64,000 bases of DNA from Candidatus Latescibacterota bacterium. GTDB lineage: Bacteria; Latescibacterota; UBA2968; UBA8231. Below the pieces are notes generated by a model. It saw only the letters and a list, made by a program, of their open reading frames with translations, had not been told where the DNA came from and did not search any database. The stretch covers positions 6,048,001 to 6,112,000 of the forward strand of contig OZ253462.1 of the NCBI GenBank assembly GCA_965261395.1, written 5' to 3'. This document shows, one piece after another, positions 29,459-38,731 of this stretch (within the stretch, counting starts at the first letter, position 1; every line of letters begins with the position of its first letter). Made by a program: the position numbers and the translations under genes.

Positions 29459-32400
29459 ATAGCGTGGCGACTGCATACAAAAATGGCGCGTCTGCCGGTG
29501 TAGGGGCGACCGGTCGGTCGCCCCTACAAATAATATGTCTCTCGATCTGGTTGGGGCTGCTGCAAACGCCCTGCTACGGCGAGGTGGCTGCCTTGCGCGC
29601 CACTATCGAAGCGCTAAGCGCGGTTGATTCTCGCTTGGCTGGCTATCCCGGTGCCGAAGCGGGTGCCGCGTTGGTGGAGCGAGCGTTGGTCGCGGCTGGT
29701 GTCGAAGCGGTGCGGCGCGACTCGTTTGCCGTGGTGGTGCCCATAGATCGCGGTGGGCACCTGCGCTTGGAGCCAAGCGGGGAGGAGGTGCCGCTGTGGG
29801 GCCTGTGGCCGAATCTGGCGCGGACGGTCACGCTGCCGCCAGAGGGCTTGCAAGCGCCGATGATCTACGGCGGCCGGGGCGAGTGGAGCGACTTCGACGG
29901 CCACGCTATGGACGGGCGCATTGTCCTGCTGGAATTCGACAGTTGGAACCACTGGCTGCGTGCCGCTTCGCTGGGCGCTCGGGCCGTGGTATTTATCGCG
30001 CCCGAGCAGGCCAACCGCCACCAAGCCGACGCCAAATACGCCCAAGTGCCGCTCGACATCCCCCGCTTCTGGATCGAGCGCGAAGCGGGGCTGGACTTGC
30101 GCCAGCGACTGCGAGCCGGCGAGCTATGGGTACACTTACAGGGTCGCATGGACTGGGAACAGCGGCCGGCGTGGAATATCTGGGGCCTGATCCCCGGTGC
30201 CGATCCCGAGCTGGCCGATGAACGCGTCGCCATCCAAGCGTACTACGACGGCATTTCCGTGGTGCCGGGCCGGGCACCCAGTGCTGAGACCGCCTGCGGC
30301 ATCGCTGCTTTATTGGAATTGGCCCGCCATCTCGCCGCCCATCCGCCGGCGCGCACCACCATCCTAGTGGCGACCTCGGCTCATTTCCAGGCCCGCCAGG
30401 GCATGGCCGACTTTCTCGCCCGCCACGCCCGACGCCTAAAGGAACCCCTCCACATCGACCTGTTCATCGGCCTCGATCTGTCGAGCCGCACGGATCAAGT
30501 CGGCCTCTGGAACAATACCGCCAAGCCCGAATTGCGCCGCTTTTTCGCCCCATTCGGTCGCCGCTTCAGGGATTACGCCGGCACTTTAGACTCGGCCGCA
30601 GTCGGTAGTTTGGTCAACGGCATCACTCCCATCAAGGGCTTGGAATGGTCGGCGTACATGCCCGGCGGAATAGCCGCCGACAGCCAACTCGCCCTCGAAG
30701 GCGGCTTGATTTCCTTGGGCCTGATCACCGTGAACGACGCTCGCCTGCAGGTTGATTCGCCGCTGGACCAGCCAGCTGCGGTCAACTACGACAATCTGGA
30801 TCGCCAAGTCGCCTTGCTAAACGGTGTGTTGCAACAGGCCCTAAACGATCCACAATTGTTGGAAGAGAAAGCGGCCTTTGGGCCGGTGTTGCAGGATCGC
30901 TTGCGCGACTTGCTCCTCAAGGTGCGGACCTTTCCACGCCGCTCGCAAACGCCGGACCGGCCGGTGCCTGACGCCGTGGCCGTAGTGCGGTCGCAAAACC
31001 GGGCCAACACTGACAAAGCCGTCAAAGGGGTGCGCATCGCCCAAGTCCATCTGAGTGACGACGAGGGCGAGTTGCTCATAACTGGGTTGCCGCAGGCTCA
31101 GTACCGCACCAGTGTGTACGTCTTGGACCCGCACAGCGGTGCCATTGCCTACGCCGTCGATCTGAGCAAAAGGGCGCAAGGCTTCCACGGGGTGCCGCTG
31201 TTCGACGGCTCCATCCCAAGCACTGTCCAGTGGGCACTCACCGAGCAATCGGTAGTGGTATTCCCCTGCCTGAGCCGCCCTTTTTACGGCCTAATTAGCC
31301 CGCGCTCGCTCAATTTCTTGGGCGGCATCTCCCTGCTCAACCGCTACGACACCAGCCCGCGCCAATTCGGCTATGCGCTGGGCAGCGGCCTCGACGAAGC
31401 GGCCGGGGTGGTATTTGGGCCGCAGGACGACGATCCGCAAAATCGCATCAAGATACTGGCGGGCCGACAACTGCTGCTGCTCAACAATGGCATCCCCGGC
31501 AGCCGCCCCAACGGCGAGGGTTTTTCCCTAGCCGAGGAGCGGCTGGTGCCGACGCTGTTGCAGGCCGCTTGGGATATGTGGCGTCTCGACGAGGATCGGC
31601 TACAGACCATGCGCGACCACGCCATTGAAAACCAGCACTTACAGCACCTGCACGAACGCACCGCCCAAGTCCTCGAAGCCGCCCAAGAGGCCGCTCGCCA
31701 AAAAGAATGGAGCCGCTACGTGGCCCATCTGCGAGTGGCGCTGGGGCTGGAAAACCAGGTCTATCCGCAGGCTATGGCGACCTTAAACGACGTCATAAAG
31801 GGCATGGTATTCTTCTTGGCGCTGCTCATTCCCGCGGCTTTTTTGGGCGAGCGCCTGCTGCTGGGGGCGGCGCAGATCACGCGGCAACTGGCTGGTTTTG
31901 GCGCGTTATTGGCCGTGGCCTGGCTCGCGGTTTCCCAAGTGCATCCCGCCTTTGCCATTGCCCATCCGCTGGTCATCTTGCTGGCCTTTGCCATCATGGC
32001 GATGGCCGGTTTCGTCCTCGTCCTCATAATCAGCCGCTTCAACAGTTATATGAAAGAACGCGGCGACCGGATCCACCATATTGAGATGCGGCGTTTCAGC
32101 GTCGCCCACGCTGCGTTCATGCTGGGTATCTCCAACATGCGGCGGCGCAAACTGCGCACCGGCCTGACCTTGACGACCCTGGTGCTGCTGACGTTTACGG
32201 TGCTTTCCTTTGCCTCGTACGAGAGCCGGGCGCGCTTTATCTCGCTACCCCTTGAGCACGAGGGTGAGTACGAGGGCATTCTGGCCCGCAACCGGGCCTG
32301 GAATCCCTTGGGCCAGCCCATGCTGGATTACATCCGCTCCCACTTTTCCGCGGTCGGCCCGATCAGCCCGCGCAACTGGTTCATTTTGCAAGAGGACAAA

Positions 32401-33876
32401 AAGACCTACCTCGAAGCGGCGGCTGGGCGGCAATTGGTACGGACCTACGGCTTGCTCGGCCTAAGCCCCCAGGAAACCGGCATCACCGGCGTTGATCAGG
32501 CCCTAGTCGCCGGGCGCTTTTTCACTGCCGCAACCGAGGCTAGTTGTCTGCTGCCCTTGCCGATGGCCGAAGCCCTAGGTTTGGGTGTCAGTGACTTGGG
32601 ACGCGCTCAAGTGCAGGTAATGGGCAAAAAATTGACCGTGGTAGGCTTGCTCGATCCAGAGACCTTCAACGGTATCCGCGATCTAGATGACGGCCCGCTG
32701 ACACCCGTGGACTTTGAGCTGTCCCAATCCGCTGGCAGTACCTTGCAGATCAACCAAAGCGCGGCCACGACAGCTACTGCCTCCCAGTATCGCCCCTATG
32801 TACACATACTGCCGGATAACGTGCTCATTGCGCCCTATGAGATCGTGCGCCAAATGGGGGGGCGGCTGCGCTCGGTGGCCGTCGCCTTTGATCGGGAGCG
32901 CCTAGACACCGGGGCGGCCCAAGCGTTGCTGGAAGACTTCCTGTTGCGGGTGGCTGTCAGCCTGTTCGTCGGCTTGCGGCAAAACGAAACCGCGACCGTC
33001 GGCGTCTGGGCCTATTCGTCGATTGGGGCGACGGCGATAAAGGGTCTAGGGGTGCTGATCGTACCCATGCTCATCGCCGCCCTCATCGTCCTGAATACCA
33101 TGCTGGGGACGGTGTACGAGCGCCTCAAGGACATTGGCATCTACGCGGCCGTAGGACTGGCCCCGTCCCATATCGCTCTGCTGTTTATCGCCGAAGCCTG
33201 CGCCTATGCGGTTTTGGGTATTACGCTGGGGTACTTGGGGGGCCAGGGGATAGGCTTGGTGCTGAACCACTTGGACATGCTGGGTGGACTCAATTTGAAC
33301 TATTCGTCCCTGGCGGCTGTGTTTTCGGCGCTCATCGTCATGGGGGTGGTCTTGCTGTCAACGGCGTACCCTGCCCGAGTGGCCGCCCGCACTGCGGTTC
33401 CCGACCTAGCGCGGCGCTGGCAGCCCGAGCCGCCGGTGGGTGCGGAGTGGGAATTCCGCTTCCCCTTCTTGGTGTCGGCGGCCGAGGCCAAGGGCCTGTG
33501 CGGCTTTTTGTTGGATTATCTAGCGTCCTACGGCGAGGCATCGATTGGCGCGTTTTACACCGAGGGCACTCTGCTTCAGTCCTTTGCCACTCCTCAAGGT
33601 ACGGCCTACGCTCTCGAAGCTCGGGTGTGGTTAGCACCGCTGGATTTGGGCGTGAGTCAGCACGCAGTACTGTGCATCTGCCCCGAGGAGCAAGCCGATA
33701 TTCACGGCCTAGTGTTCTATCTGCGCTGCCTCAGCGGCGACAACGATTCCTGGCGACGGGCCAACCGCAGTTTCTTACAGGCGATCCGCAAAGAGCTGCT
33801 GATCTGGAATACGCTCAAAGCACCGGAGCGGAGCACTTTTCGGCAGCGGGCGGAGGAACTCCTTCAGCGGCAATAA
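29455..33876 (+). CDS. PA/M28-like domain fused to a MacB/FtsX-like permease
   Basis: 1473 aa. PA and M28-like N-terminal region, GISNMRRRKLRT, NTMLGTVYERLKDIGIYAAVGLAP (FtsX motif). TTG start overlaps the upstream TGA. Confidence 0.8.
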   Translation: MNSVATAYKNGASAGVGATGRSPLQIICLSIWLGLLQTPCYGEVAALRATIEALSAVDSRLAGYPGAEAGAALVERALVAAGVEAVRRDSFAVVVPIDRGGHLRLEPSGEEVPLWGLWPNLARTVTLPPEGLQAPMIYGGRGEWSDFDGHAMDGRIVLLEFDSWNHWLRAASLGARAVVFIAPEQANRHQADAKYAQVPLDIPRFWIEREAGLDLRQRLRAGELWVHLQGRMDWEQRPAWNIWGLIPGADPELADERVAIQAYYDGISVVPGRAPSAETACGIAALLELARHLAAHPPARTTILVATSAHFQARQGMADFLARHARRLKEPLHIDLFIGLDLSSRTDQVGLWNNTAKPELRRFFAPFGRRFRDYAGTLDSAAVGSLVNGITPIKGLEWSAYMPGGIAADSQLALEGGLISLGLITVNDARLQVDSPLDQPAAVNYDNLDRQVALLNGVLQQALNDPQLLEEKAAFGPVLQDRLRDLLLKVRTFPRRSQTPDRPVPDAVAVVRSQNRANTDKAVKGVRIAQVHLSDDEGELLITGLPQAQYRTSVYVLDPHSGAIAYAVDLSKRAQGFHGVPLFDGSIPSTVQWALTEQSVVVFPCLSRPFYGLISPRSLNFLGGISLLNRYDTSPRQFGYALGSGLDEAAGVVFGPQDDDPQNRIKILAGRQLLLLNNGIPGSRPNGEGFSLAEERLVPTLLQAAWDMWRLDEDRLQTMRDHAIENQHLQHLHERTAQVLEAAQEAARQKEWSRYVAHLRVALGLENQVYPQAMATLNDVIKGMVFFLALLIPAAFLGERLLLGAAQITRQLAGFGALLAVAWLAVSQVHPAFAIAHPLVILLAFAIMAMAGFVLVLIISRFNSYMKERGDRIHHIEMRRFSVAHAAFMLGISNMRRRKLRTGLTLTTLVLLTFTVLSFASYESRARFISLPLEHEGEYEGILARNRAWNPLGQPMLDYIRSHFSAVGPISPRNWFILQEDKKTYLEAAAGRQLVRTYGLLGLSPQETGITGVDQALVAGRFFTAATEASCLLPLPMAEALGLGVSDLGRAQVQVMGKKLTVVGLLDPETFNGIRDLDDGPLTPVDFELSQSAGSTLQINQSAATTATASQYRPYVHILPDNVLIAPYEIVRQMGGRLRSVAVAFDRERLDTGAAQALLEDFLLRVAVSLFVGLRQNETATVGVWAYSSIGATAIKGLGVLIVPMLIAALIVLNTMLGTVYERLKDIGIYAAVGLAPSHIALLFIAEACAYAVLGITLGYLGGQGIGLVLNHLDMLGGLNLNYSSLAAVFSALIVMGVVLLSTAYPARVAARTAVPDLARRWQPEPPVGAEWEFRFPFLVSAAEAKGLCGFLLDYLASYGEASIGAFYTEGTLLQSFATPQGTAYALEARVWLAPLDLGVSQHAVLCICPEEQADIHGLVFYLRCLSGDNDSWRRANRSFLQAIRKELLIWNTLKAPERSTFRQRAEELLQRQ
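29500..29527. repeat. GTAG-type REP palindrome inside a CDS
   Basis: GTAGGGGCGACCGGTCGGTCGCCCCTAC; near-identical copy at 42956. Confidence 0.85.
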
Positions 33877-33886
33877 GCTCATAGTG

Positions 33887-35782
33887 CTATCTGGGACGGA
33901 GGCCGCTGCGGCTTAGGGATTCCCAACACCGCATGGGCGATTCTTCGAGTAGCGCAGAGACCTCGGCCTGTAGGTCGCTCGCGGTTTCGCCGTCGGGACG
34001 CAAATAGGCCAAGCGGCTCAGCGCATCCATGGCAAAGCCGACGCAGATGGCGTTCTCGTCGCTGCGGATAACCTCTTGCAAGGCCCGTGCGATCGGCTCC
34101 AGCGCCGGGCCGGTAATCGCGGTGCCGTGGGAACAGAGGATGACCATGGACCACAGGGCATTCTCGCGCACGGCCGAGCGCACCGGCTTGAACCGCTCAA
34201 GGCCAAAATCGACGCCACCACCCTCGCATACATCGCACTCATCGGTGGGCCGCACGAACTTGATGCTCCGCCCTTGCGCTCGGTCCATGGCCAGCCGGTT
34301 TTCCTCGCGGCCCAGACTCTGCACCAGCGCTTTGAGGCAGGCGGGAATCAGTGCTCGGCCGACCCCGGTGGCGACGGCGCGGCGGCCCAGACAGCCGAGG
34401 GTGCCAGCGGCGACGGCCCGGACATATACCGACGGATCTTCCTGCAGGCGCTTCGCCACCATCTGCAAAACCACGTTGTTGAGGGGGCTGGCATCCCCCA
34501 AGCCGTACACGCCCGCCTTGCGGGCCCATTTGATGGGTGAATTCGTCGCTTCGAGTAAGGTGTCGGTAGCCTCCGTGCCAACGGCAATTAGGCCATAGGT
34601 GGCAGCCCGCCGCACACTCTCCCGGTCGTTGGACAGAGCGCGCCTGAGTAGCCGCACGGCCAGCGCCGGGTCGCCGATGGAGGCTAGTTTGTACGCTGCG
34701 CCAATGCGCGCTGGCTCGGCCTCTTCGCCTTTGGCCTGTAGCTGGGTAAATAAACGGCTGGCCTCCGCTTCCCGGTCCGCAGACAATAGGGCGGCCTCTG
34801 GCCTCGGCGGCGGCTTCTGGCCCGTCTGGATCCAGTGGTGGTGATAGCGCCAAACCGAGGTGACGTCGTCATTGGCTGCGGACCGATCAATGCGGGTCAG
34901 CGGGTCCACGCCAAGCCCGTTCCAATGCACTTCGGCTGGCGAGCCGTTGGAGCCGGCGGGATCGGTGGTGCGATAGATCCAGAAGCGCCACATGAAGCGC
35001 GGATTGTCTTGCCAAGTGCGCCAATCGTCGCGGCGGTGGTTGCCCCGGTGGAAGGTATTGTGCGAGTACAACACGACACTGCCGGCGCGCAGCGGGGCCG
35101 CTTCAAAGGACTGCACAAGCGGCCACTTTAGGTTGGTGACCGCCTCCCGCAGGCGCACGTCGTGCGCGGTGCGGCGATGGACAATATCACTGGGGTCGTA
35201 TTGGGAATCGGGGCCACTGACTGGCTGGCCCTCCATGCCGCTGAGGTGGTAGGCGAAATCGAGGTGATCGGCCCCGGCGAAATTGTCGTGGTTTTCTTCG
35301 TGGTTGAAGGTCCAGTAGTGAGAGTAGGGCACGGTTGCCGTCGGGCCCATGTCCTCGCGCACGGCCTGCGGATAGTACAGCATTTCGATCTGCACGGCTT
35401 GGTGGTGGCGCTGTTTACGGCCATTGAACGGGCCGTTGTCGTCCTTGTGCCAGTGCTGGTCGCGGGCACCGCTGGAAAAGGTCGCATTGTGGGTGAACGG
35501 CACAATGGCCCAGTTCTCGCCGACCAATTGGTTGCAGGCCGCGACGACGCCGGGAGCGTTGATTACTTCGAGCACGTCTGGAATGAGTTCGGGCGTGACG
35601 CGCTCGCCGGTGCCGACCGCCTGCTTTTCGCGCTGGTATATCCGCTCGTGGACTGCGGCTGGGATGCCTAGGCTTTCCGGGGCTAGGACGACTAGTCCTC
35701 GGCTGGCGAAGTCCTGTATTAGTTGTTCTGGCTCGCTGTAGGCTAGTGGGGCTGGGGCAGAAGAAAGCTCTTTCGCGGTCAT
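33887..35782 (-). CDS. PhyH-type Fe(II)/2-oxoglutarate dioxygenase fused to HEAT repeats
   Basis: QHWHKDD (HxD), AGSVVLYSHNTFHRG (distal His); C-terminal VRRAATYGL and VRAVAAGTLG HEAT repeats. Confidence 0.8.
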   Translation of the reverse strand: MTAKELSSAPAPLAYSEPEQLIQDFASRGLVVLAPESLGIPAAVHERIYQREKQAVGTGERVTPELIPDVLEVINAPGVVAACNQLVGENWAIVPFTHNATFSSGARDQHWHKDDNGPFNGRKQRHHQAVQIEMLYYPQAVREDMGPTATVPYSHYWTFNHEENHDNFAGADHLDFAYHLSGMEGQPVSGPDSQYDPSDIVHRRTAHDVRLREAVTNLKWPLVQSFEAAPLRAGSVVLYSHNTFHRGNHRRDDWRTWQDNPRFMWRFWIYRTTDPAGSNGSPAEVHWNGLGVDPLTRIDRSAANDDVTSVWRYHHHWIQTGQKPPPRPEAALLSADREAEASRLFTQLQAKGEEAEPARIGAAYKLASIGDPALAVRLLRRALSNDRESVRRAATYGLIAVGTEATDTLLEATNSPIKWARKAGVYGLGDASPLNNVVLQMVAKRLQEDPSVYVRAVAAGTLGCLGRRAVATGVGRALIPACLKALVQSLGREENRLAMDRAQGRSIKFVRPTDECDVCEGGGVDFGLERFKPVRSAVRENALWSMVILCSHGTAITGPALEPIARALQEVIRSDENAICVGFAMDALSRLAYLRPDGETASDLQAEVSALLEESPMRCWESLSRSGLRPR

Positions 35783-35869
35783 GTCGATTTATTCACCTTC
35801 CTGTTTAGTTTCATCCAATCTAACCACGGGTTCTTTCCCATTCAATTAGACCACCAATCAGGAGTCATT

Positions 35870-36607
35870 ATGTCGCAAAAGAAGACGCTCAGACAACGCA
35901 TGAAAGACGGCGAGGTGCTAGTCGCCCTGCGCGGCTCGCTGACCACGACCAAGGAGGAATTAGCCGATATATGGTCAACCGGTGAGTTCGACTATATCTG
36001 GATCGACAGCCAGCACACCCCCTTCAGCGAAGAGCAATTGGTCGCCTATTGCAGGGCGGCCGAAGAGTTGGATATCGACGTGCAATTGCGCATCCCGCAC
36101 ACCCGGCATGCCTATATGGTCGGGCGCTATCTCGACTTGGGTCTCAGCGCGGTGCTGATCCCCGAGGTTATGGAGCCCGAGACCGTGGACGACGCCATTG
36201 CCTACGCCTATTACGGCCCCATCGGGCGGCGCAGTTGGGGTGGTGCGAATCGCCGTGGCCTGCGCGGCGTAACTCAGGGGATCGACCGACGCGCCTATGC
36301 GGCGTGGTGGAATGACTACGCGATTTTGGCGATCCAAGTAGAATCCGTCGAAGCGGTGACCAATATTCGCAAGTTGGCCAAGCCGGGCGTGAGTGTAGTT
36401 ACTTTTGGACCCAACGATCTTTCCTTCAGCTTGGAGGATCACCCGGACTATCCGCTGCGCACGGTTGATGACTGTATGCGCAATGTCGCCGCCCAATTGG
36501 CTGGTAGCGGCATTCGTCTGGCTATGGGAACGGGCACTACGCCCGCAGAACGCGATAAGTATCTGGAGATGGGGGTTACGCTCTTCCAAGCGGATGCGCC
36601 GAGCTAG
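35870..36607 (+). CDS. HpcH/HpaI aldolase family protein
   Basis: FDYIWIDSQH, YLDLG, QVESVEAV, FGPNDLS. Confidence 0.88.
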   Translation: MSQKKTLRQRMKDGEVLVALRGSLTTTKEELADIWSTGEFDYIWIDSQHTPFSEEQLVAYCRAAEELDIDVQLRIPHTRHAYMVGRYLDLGLSAVLIPEVMEPETVDDAIAYAYYGPIGRRSWGGANRRGLRGVTQGIDRRAYAAWWNDYAILAIQVESVEAVTNIRKLAKPGVSVVTFGPNDLSFSLEDHPDYPLRTVDDCMRNVAAQLAGSGIRLAMGTGTTPAERDKYLEMGVTLFQADAPS

Positions 36608-36669
36608 CGCTCCCGCGACGGCTTTATATTAATTGTCCATTCTAAACCGACCACTTAGGAGGATACGCC

Positions 36670-37653
36670 ATGTACATCGGATCGCAATTCGGGGAACAGA
36701 CCGACGAAGAAATGAAGGTCTTGTCGCAACTCGGCATCAAAAACGTCGATCAGACGCCTGCCGCGCCGTGGCGGGAATGGAGCGCGGAGATGTTGCTGCA
36801 GATGAAGGAGCGGTGGGCCGAACACGGCATCAGCTTGGAGATGATCCACATTCCCCTAGGCTCGCGCAGCGCCTACCAAAACGGGGCCGGGGCGATCTTT
36901 CTCAAACCGAGCGACGAGCGCGACCGCCAGATCGACTGGATGAAAGAGACCGTGCGGATGGCGGGCGAGGCCGGCATCCGCGGCCTCAACTACAACATCA
37001 CCATCTTGGGGCACTTGCGGACGCCCTCGAAGACGGGGCGCGGTGGTGCCACGGTATCGACCTTCGAGTTGGACAAATTGGATCAGTCGTTGGGCGAGTT
37101 TGAAGACGGGCCGGCCGACGAAGACGAAATGTGGGCGCGCATTGACCACTGGCTGCAGGAGATCATACCCGTGGCCGAAGAATACAAAGTCCAGATGGCC
37201 TGCCATCCGTCCGATCCGGGTATTGGCGTTGGGAATACGTATCGGGGCGTGGCGCGCCCCTTGGGAATGGTCGAAGGGTTCAAAAAGCTGATCGCGCTCT
37301 ACGACAGTCCGTACAACGGGCTGAATTTCTGCCAGGGCTGCATGTCCGAGGCGCTGGCCAATCCGGCGGAGGAGATCTTCGATGTCATTCGCTACTTTGG
37401 CGAGCGCAAGAAGATTTTCAATGTCCACTTCCGCAATATCAAAGGCGGCCTGGGGAGCTTCGTTGAGGTTTTTCCCGACGAAGGCGACATCAACATGATC
37501 CGGGCGCTAAAGGTGTACAAGGAGGTCGGCTACGAGTACATGATCATGCCGGATCACGTCCCCGGGATCGGCGGCCCTGAGCCGGGCAAAGTCGGCTTTG
37601 CCTATACCTTTGGCTATATCCACGCGGCCTTGCAGGCGGTGGAGGAGTCCTAA
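36670..37653 (+). CDS. Mannonate dehydratase family protein (UxuA-like)
   Basis: ACHPSDP, NGLNFCQG, VHFRNI, FPDEGD, MPDHVP, YTFGYI. Confidence 0.85.
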   Translation: MYIGSQFGEQTDEEMKVLSQLGIKNVDQTPAAPWREWSAEMLLQMKERWAEHGISLEMIHIPLGSRSAYQNGAGAIFLKPSDERDRQIDWMKETVRMAGEAGIRGLNYNITILGHLRTPSKTGRGGATVSTFELDKLDQSLGEFEDGPADEDEMWARIDHWLQEIIPVAEEYKVQMACHPSDPGIGVGNTYRGVARPLGMVEGFKKLIALYDSPYNGLNFCQGCMSEALANPAEEIFDVIRYFGERKKIFNVHFRNIKGGLGSFVEVFPDEGDINMIRALKVYKEVGYEYMIMPDHVPGIGGPEPGKVGFAYTFGYIHAALQAVEES

Positions 37654-37654
37654 A

Positions 37655-38596
37655 TCAGGCCTTCTCTTCGGGATAGCTGCACTGCACAATATTCGGCCTT
37701 CTAATGCCGTGGAAGTACCGGCAAATGACCTTATTTGTGCTTATGCATTGGTGCTCGTCCGTGCCGTCGGCTTCGTTCCACGGACACCTGTCTTGGGTCC
37801 GGGAGATGTGGGAATCGGGTAGAAAATTGATGTCGATGTGACCGCTCGTCAGCTCTCGGTATTGAGTCGGAAGTGCCGCTTTGCCCTGAGGGCCGTAGAA
37901 CTCCCTGGCCGCCGGATCCGGATGGTCGCGCCACAGCCGGGCGGGGATCACCATGTCGAGGCTGCCTAGGCTTTTGTCTTGATGGCAGTAGTATATTTGC
38001 ACTGTCTTGCGTTCGCAGTCAGTGGTTCGCACGGTGGCCGTATGTAGCACCGAGGCGTTAAAAAGGATAACCGTTCCGGCCGGACCATAGAGGTACTCGA
38101 TGCCGCCCTTTTCCAGTTGCGCGTCTCTCTCCAGAATAGGGTCTTCAACCGATTCGGGTGAAATGGTAAAACAGTGGGTCTCTTCGTTCACGTCGGTCAG
38201 GTAAACCATCGCCTGGATATAGTTCATGCGCAGCGGATGCCCCTCCAGATGGCGAACGTCCCGGTGCCATTGCTGAGCGATCTTCACGGCGCCGGGGTGC
38301 TCGTCCATGTGCCGGGCGCTGACTTCGAGCAGGCAGAGCGGTCCTCCCATCAACTCGCGCACAATGGGCAGGATCTTGGGGTGCCGGACGATCTCATCCA
38401 CCTCGAACCAGCTTTGTAGGCAATCTGTGTTGCCGGTCTGGTGCGTGTCGTGTCCGAGATAGCGCCACAGATAGGCGTGTTCACTCCGGTTGCGGTCGAA
38501 AAATTGGCGACATCGGGTCATTTCCTCATCGTTTAGGACATTGCCGAGGACCAGATAGCCGTTGTTTTTGAAAAACTCGCAATCTGCTCTCTCCAT
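37655..38596 (-). CDS. Phytanoyl-CoA dioxygenase (PhyH) family protein with a Cys-rich C-terminal extension
   Basis: FKNNGYLVL, QWHRD, VYLTDV, GPAGTVILFNASVLH. Confidence 0.85.
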   Translation of the reverse strand: MERADCEFFKNNGYLVLGNVLNDEEMTRCRQFFDRNRSEHAYLWRYLGHDTHQTGNTDCLQSWFEVDEIVRHPKILPIVRELMGGPLCLLEVSARHMDEHPGAVKIAQQWHRDVRHLEGHPLRMNYIQAMVYLTDVNEETHCFTISPESVEDPILERDAQLEKGGIEYLYGPAGTVILFNASVLHTATVRTTDCERKTVQIYYCHQDKSLGSLDMVIPARLWRDHPDPAAREFYGPQGKAALPTQYRELTSGHIDINFLPDSHISRTQDRCPWNEADGTDEHQCISTNKVICRYFHGIRRPNIVQCSYPEEKA

Positions 38597-38731
38597 GGGA
38601 GCTACCCCTTTCCGTAGAGATGGATTCCAGCGATTCTTTTCTCGGATGAAAATGTATCTGTAATTCCGGGCAATAACCAGTCAGAATAGGGATTTAGCAA
38701 ACTTCTACAAGAGGCTTCTGGAGGGAACCCC

